Source: a virus. From it: 64,000 nucleotides of DNA. The first letter of the stretch is position 1. The number at the start of each line of letters is the position of its first letter. The stretch covers positions 32,001 to 96,000 of IMG/VR virus record IMGVR_UViG_3300035158_000183, one strand, 5' to 3'. Below are positions 61,881 through 64,000 of this stretch, in pieces. The translations under genes and the position numbers were made by a program. A model generated the notes under the pieces. That model did no database searches. It was not told the DNA's origin and was given only the letters and a program-made list of their open reading frames with translations.

Positions 61881-64000
61881 CTAAATATTTATCTGGAACC
61901 CTATACTCTTGAATGGAGCAGAGGCCCAGTCTGGGCTTGTGGTACCTTGCACCAGGTCAATGATTCTGTATGGACCGGAGTGCGGGTTAATTGTGATAAA
62001 GGTCATGCCATCAAGCCCTGCGGCAACATTGTCAGTATCGGTTGGCAGCTTCCACCCGAATGGTATTTCCTGCATAAGTGAATTTATATACACTCCAAGC
62101 AGGTAATCCGGCAATGTTATCCGAGCAACAATCTCATTACTATAGATTATACGATTATAGTGGGCACTCCAGCAATGTGCGCGGAAGGTTATTAGCCTCG
62201 TCGAGGCCAGCCAGTACCCACCCAGGTTGTTATTCGCGTCATCTGGATCACAATCTGGGACTGCATCCTCTGGGTATAGTGCTCTCCAGAGTCCATTATA
62301 GGGGTCGCCTGCACTGTCAATCTTCTCAACCAGTGTTGGTCGCACCGGCATCACAGCTCCCGGAAGACCCGTAACAGGGTTGATGGCGTAGGGATCTAGA
62401 TTATCCGTAGTCGGGTCTATCTTGTAAACTACTACCTTCCGACCTGCAATAGTGCCATCAGCCTGTACTCCAGCCCACTCCTTAAGGTCGTATTCAGCAA
62501 TTAACTCTTCCTTCCATCGGGCATAGGATGTAGCGTCTACTACCCATGCCGGATAGTCGAGGTTCTGGTATATCCAGTTATCCAGAGTGCTGTAGCCTAG
62601 CAGTACATCATTCTTCAGTACCTGGTAGAGGTATATCTCATCCTCTCGGCCCTCTAAGCCTGTCTCGCCCATAGTGATAATCAAATCCTTATGATTTGGG
62701 TAGTATGGGTTAGTGCTGCTCCTAATGGTAGTAGTGTAGAATCCCAGCTCATTGGCTGATACAGGTGGCTGGTATGGTGCATAGGCCTCGCCGCGAGTGT
62801 TGGTAGCACCTGTAGTTGTTGCCGCTCCGGCTAGGTATCCAATACTAGAAGGGCTCATTGTAAATCCGACCTCTGTATGTGGTACTGGCAAGCCAGAAGG
62901 ACTAGTGACAGTAGCCTTAAGAATGCCATGATCAGAGCCGGTCAGAATAGGACCATACTCACGAGGACTATGGGTAAACGGTATAGCTGCCTTGTTGATT
63001 TCCAGGCGGATATACGCTGGTTCAATTATATCGTGGGTCAGGCAAACAAAGCCCTGGTTAAGCTGCTGGGCCACCGGACTGACGTCAGCTGACCACGCCT
63101 CTACCTCTGTCGACCGGTCAACCTCCTCGTACTCGATTCGCAGTGTGGTTGTATAGGCCGCTACTAGGGTGCTGCCAAGCGGCGGGATGCCTCCCTGCAC
63201 CCCGGAACCGGTATAAATGATACCCAGGTCCTTGTCCAGGAAATAGCGATTCTGGTTGGGGTAAGCTGCTGTCAGTAGCTCAAACCATGTGTCGACCCGC
63301 TCCCACTCTTCCCAAGTGTACCCACTAACCACATATAGATGGAATGAATCGTCAGCCAGTACCGGAAAATGAGGTAGACGGAACACCTGGTAATTGGTTC
63401 CATTAGAGAGCCCAAGTATCTTACAGGCCGCAAGATCCTGGAAGGTCTGCGGGACCACACCGTAAGTTCGAGTATAGTCCTTATTGAACCGCAGAATTGT
63501 CTGGCCCTCCTTGGTGTGGTCGACAATAAACTCCTTCTTGTTGGTGTCCACATTGCTCCAATTCACCCTGCCTAATGCCGTGACTGTCTCCTGCTCTTCC
63601 TCATCCACGTAAATCCCTGAAAATGTATATGATTGCTGCGCCTTAACCATGTACGATGGCGTGCCAGTGGTAGGATGACGCTTGAACGTTGCTGCCAAGA
63701 TTGGGTCTGCCATCTCTGGCTCAGCTGCTAACTCTATGTAGTTACGGCCATCCTTGTTCTGAGCCGGATCTACATACTCCACACGGCTGTTATCTCCATA
63801 CAGGAAGAACGGTATCCGGTAACGCGCATAGTGGCCGTGGCGGATTATGGGTACCCAGTGCCGCTCGTGATTCTGGATTAGCTCATCTATCTCGTCCACC
63901 ATAAGACCGCCGCCGTCCACGTCTACTACACCAGACTTGAAATACTCTGAGTCTGATACGCCTTGCGAGGATGCGTCGGCCAGCCTCGGCATCGTCGGTA
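61881..64000 (-). CDS. Large baseplate/tail protein with Ig-like domain; probably 5' truncated by the window
   Basis: Big-1-like LKATVTSPSGLPV..TNTRGEA; YFLDKDLGIIY; frame is open to the window edge. Confidence 0.6.
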   Translation of the reverse strand, partial: PTMPRLADASSQGVSDSEYFKSGVVDVDGGGLMVDEIDELIQNHERHWVPIIRHGHYARYRIPFFLYGDNSRVEYVDPAQNKDGRNYIELAAEPEMADPILAATFKRHPTTGTPSYMVKAQQSYTFSGIYVDEEEQETVTALGRVNWSNVDTNKKEFIVDHTKEGQTILRFNKDYTRTYGVVPQTFQDLAACKILGLSNGTNYQVFRLPHFPVLADDSFHLYVVSGYTWEEWERVDTWFELLTAAYPNQNRYFLDKDLGIIYTGSGVQGGIPPLGSTLVAAYTTTLRIEYEEVDRSTEVEAWSADVSPVAQQLNQGFVCLTHDIIEPAYIRLEINKAAIPFTHSPREYGPILTGSDHGILKATVTSPSGLPVPHTEVGFTMSPSSIGYLAGAATTTGATNTRGEAYAPYQPPVSANELGFYTTTIRSSTNPYYPNHKDLIITMGETGLEGREDEIYLYQVLKNDVLLGYSTLDNWIYQNLDYPAWVVDATSYARWKEELIAEYDLKEWAGVQADGTIAGRKVVVYKIDPTTDNLDPYAINPVTGLPGAVMPVRPTLVEKIDSAGDPYNGLWRALYPEDAVPDCDPDDANNNLGGYWLASTRLITFRAHCWSAHYNRIIYSNEIVARITLPDYLLGVYINSLMQEIPFGWKLPTDTDNVAAGLDGMTFITINPHSGPYRIIDLVQGTTSPDWASAPFKSIGFQINI

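Overview
This window is a very gene-dense 64 kb segment of a large tailed bacteriophage genome (probably a jumbo phage), in the standard genetic code with frequent AGGAG/GGAGG RBSs. The + strand arm (1-29705) carries nucleotide metabolism and replication genes: class II RNR C-terminus, intein-containing RecA, a GP88/radical-SAM-like protein, family-4 UDG, NUDIX, intein-containing DnaE, metallophosphoesterase, Cas4-like nucleases, a 5'(3')-deoxyribonucleotidase, a primase-helicase and a divergent sigma-like factor. That arm ends in a glycan-modification cluster with three GT9-like domains, a pyruvyltransferase-methyltransferase fusion and a sulfotransferase. The - strand arm (29641-64000) is a convergent virion/tail module: a second sulfotransferase, a 1617-aa fibre of YadA-head (Hep/Hag) repeats, three paralogous baseplate-like proteins, a GT2-TPR protein glycosyltransferase, a permuted NlpC/P60 enzyme, a 1176-aa Gly-X-Thr collagen fibre and an S74-chaperoned tail spike. 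The best candidate for an undescribed system is a phage-encoded virion fibre decoration pathway (glycosylation, pyruvylation, methylation, sulfation), with Ser/Thr/Tyr-rich candidate substrates encoded next to the enzymes. No tRNA, rRNA or CRISPR array was recognised. All family assignments come from motif recognition by eye; no searches were run.
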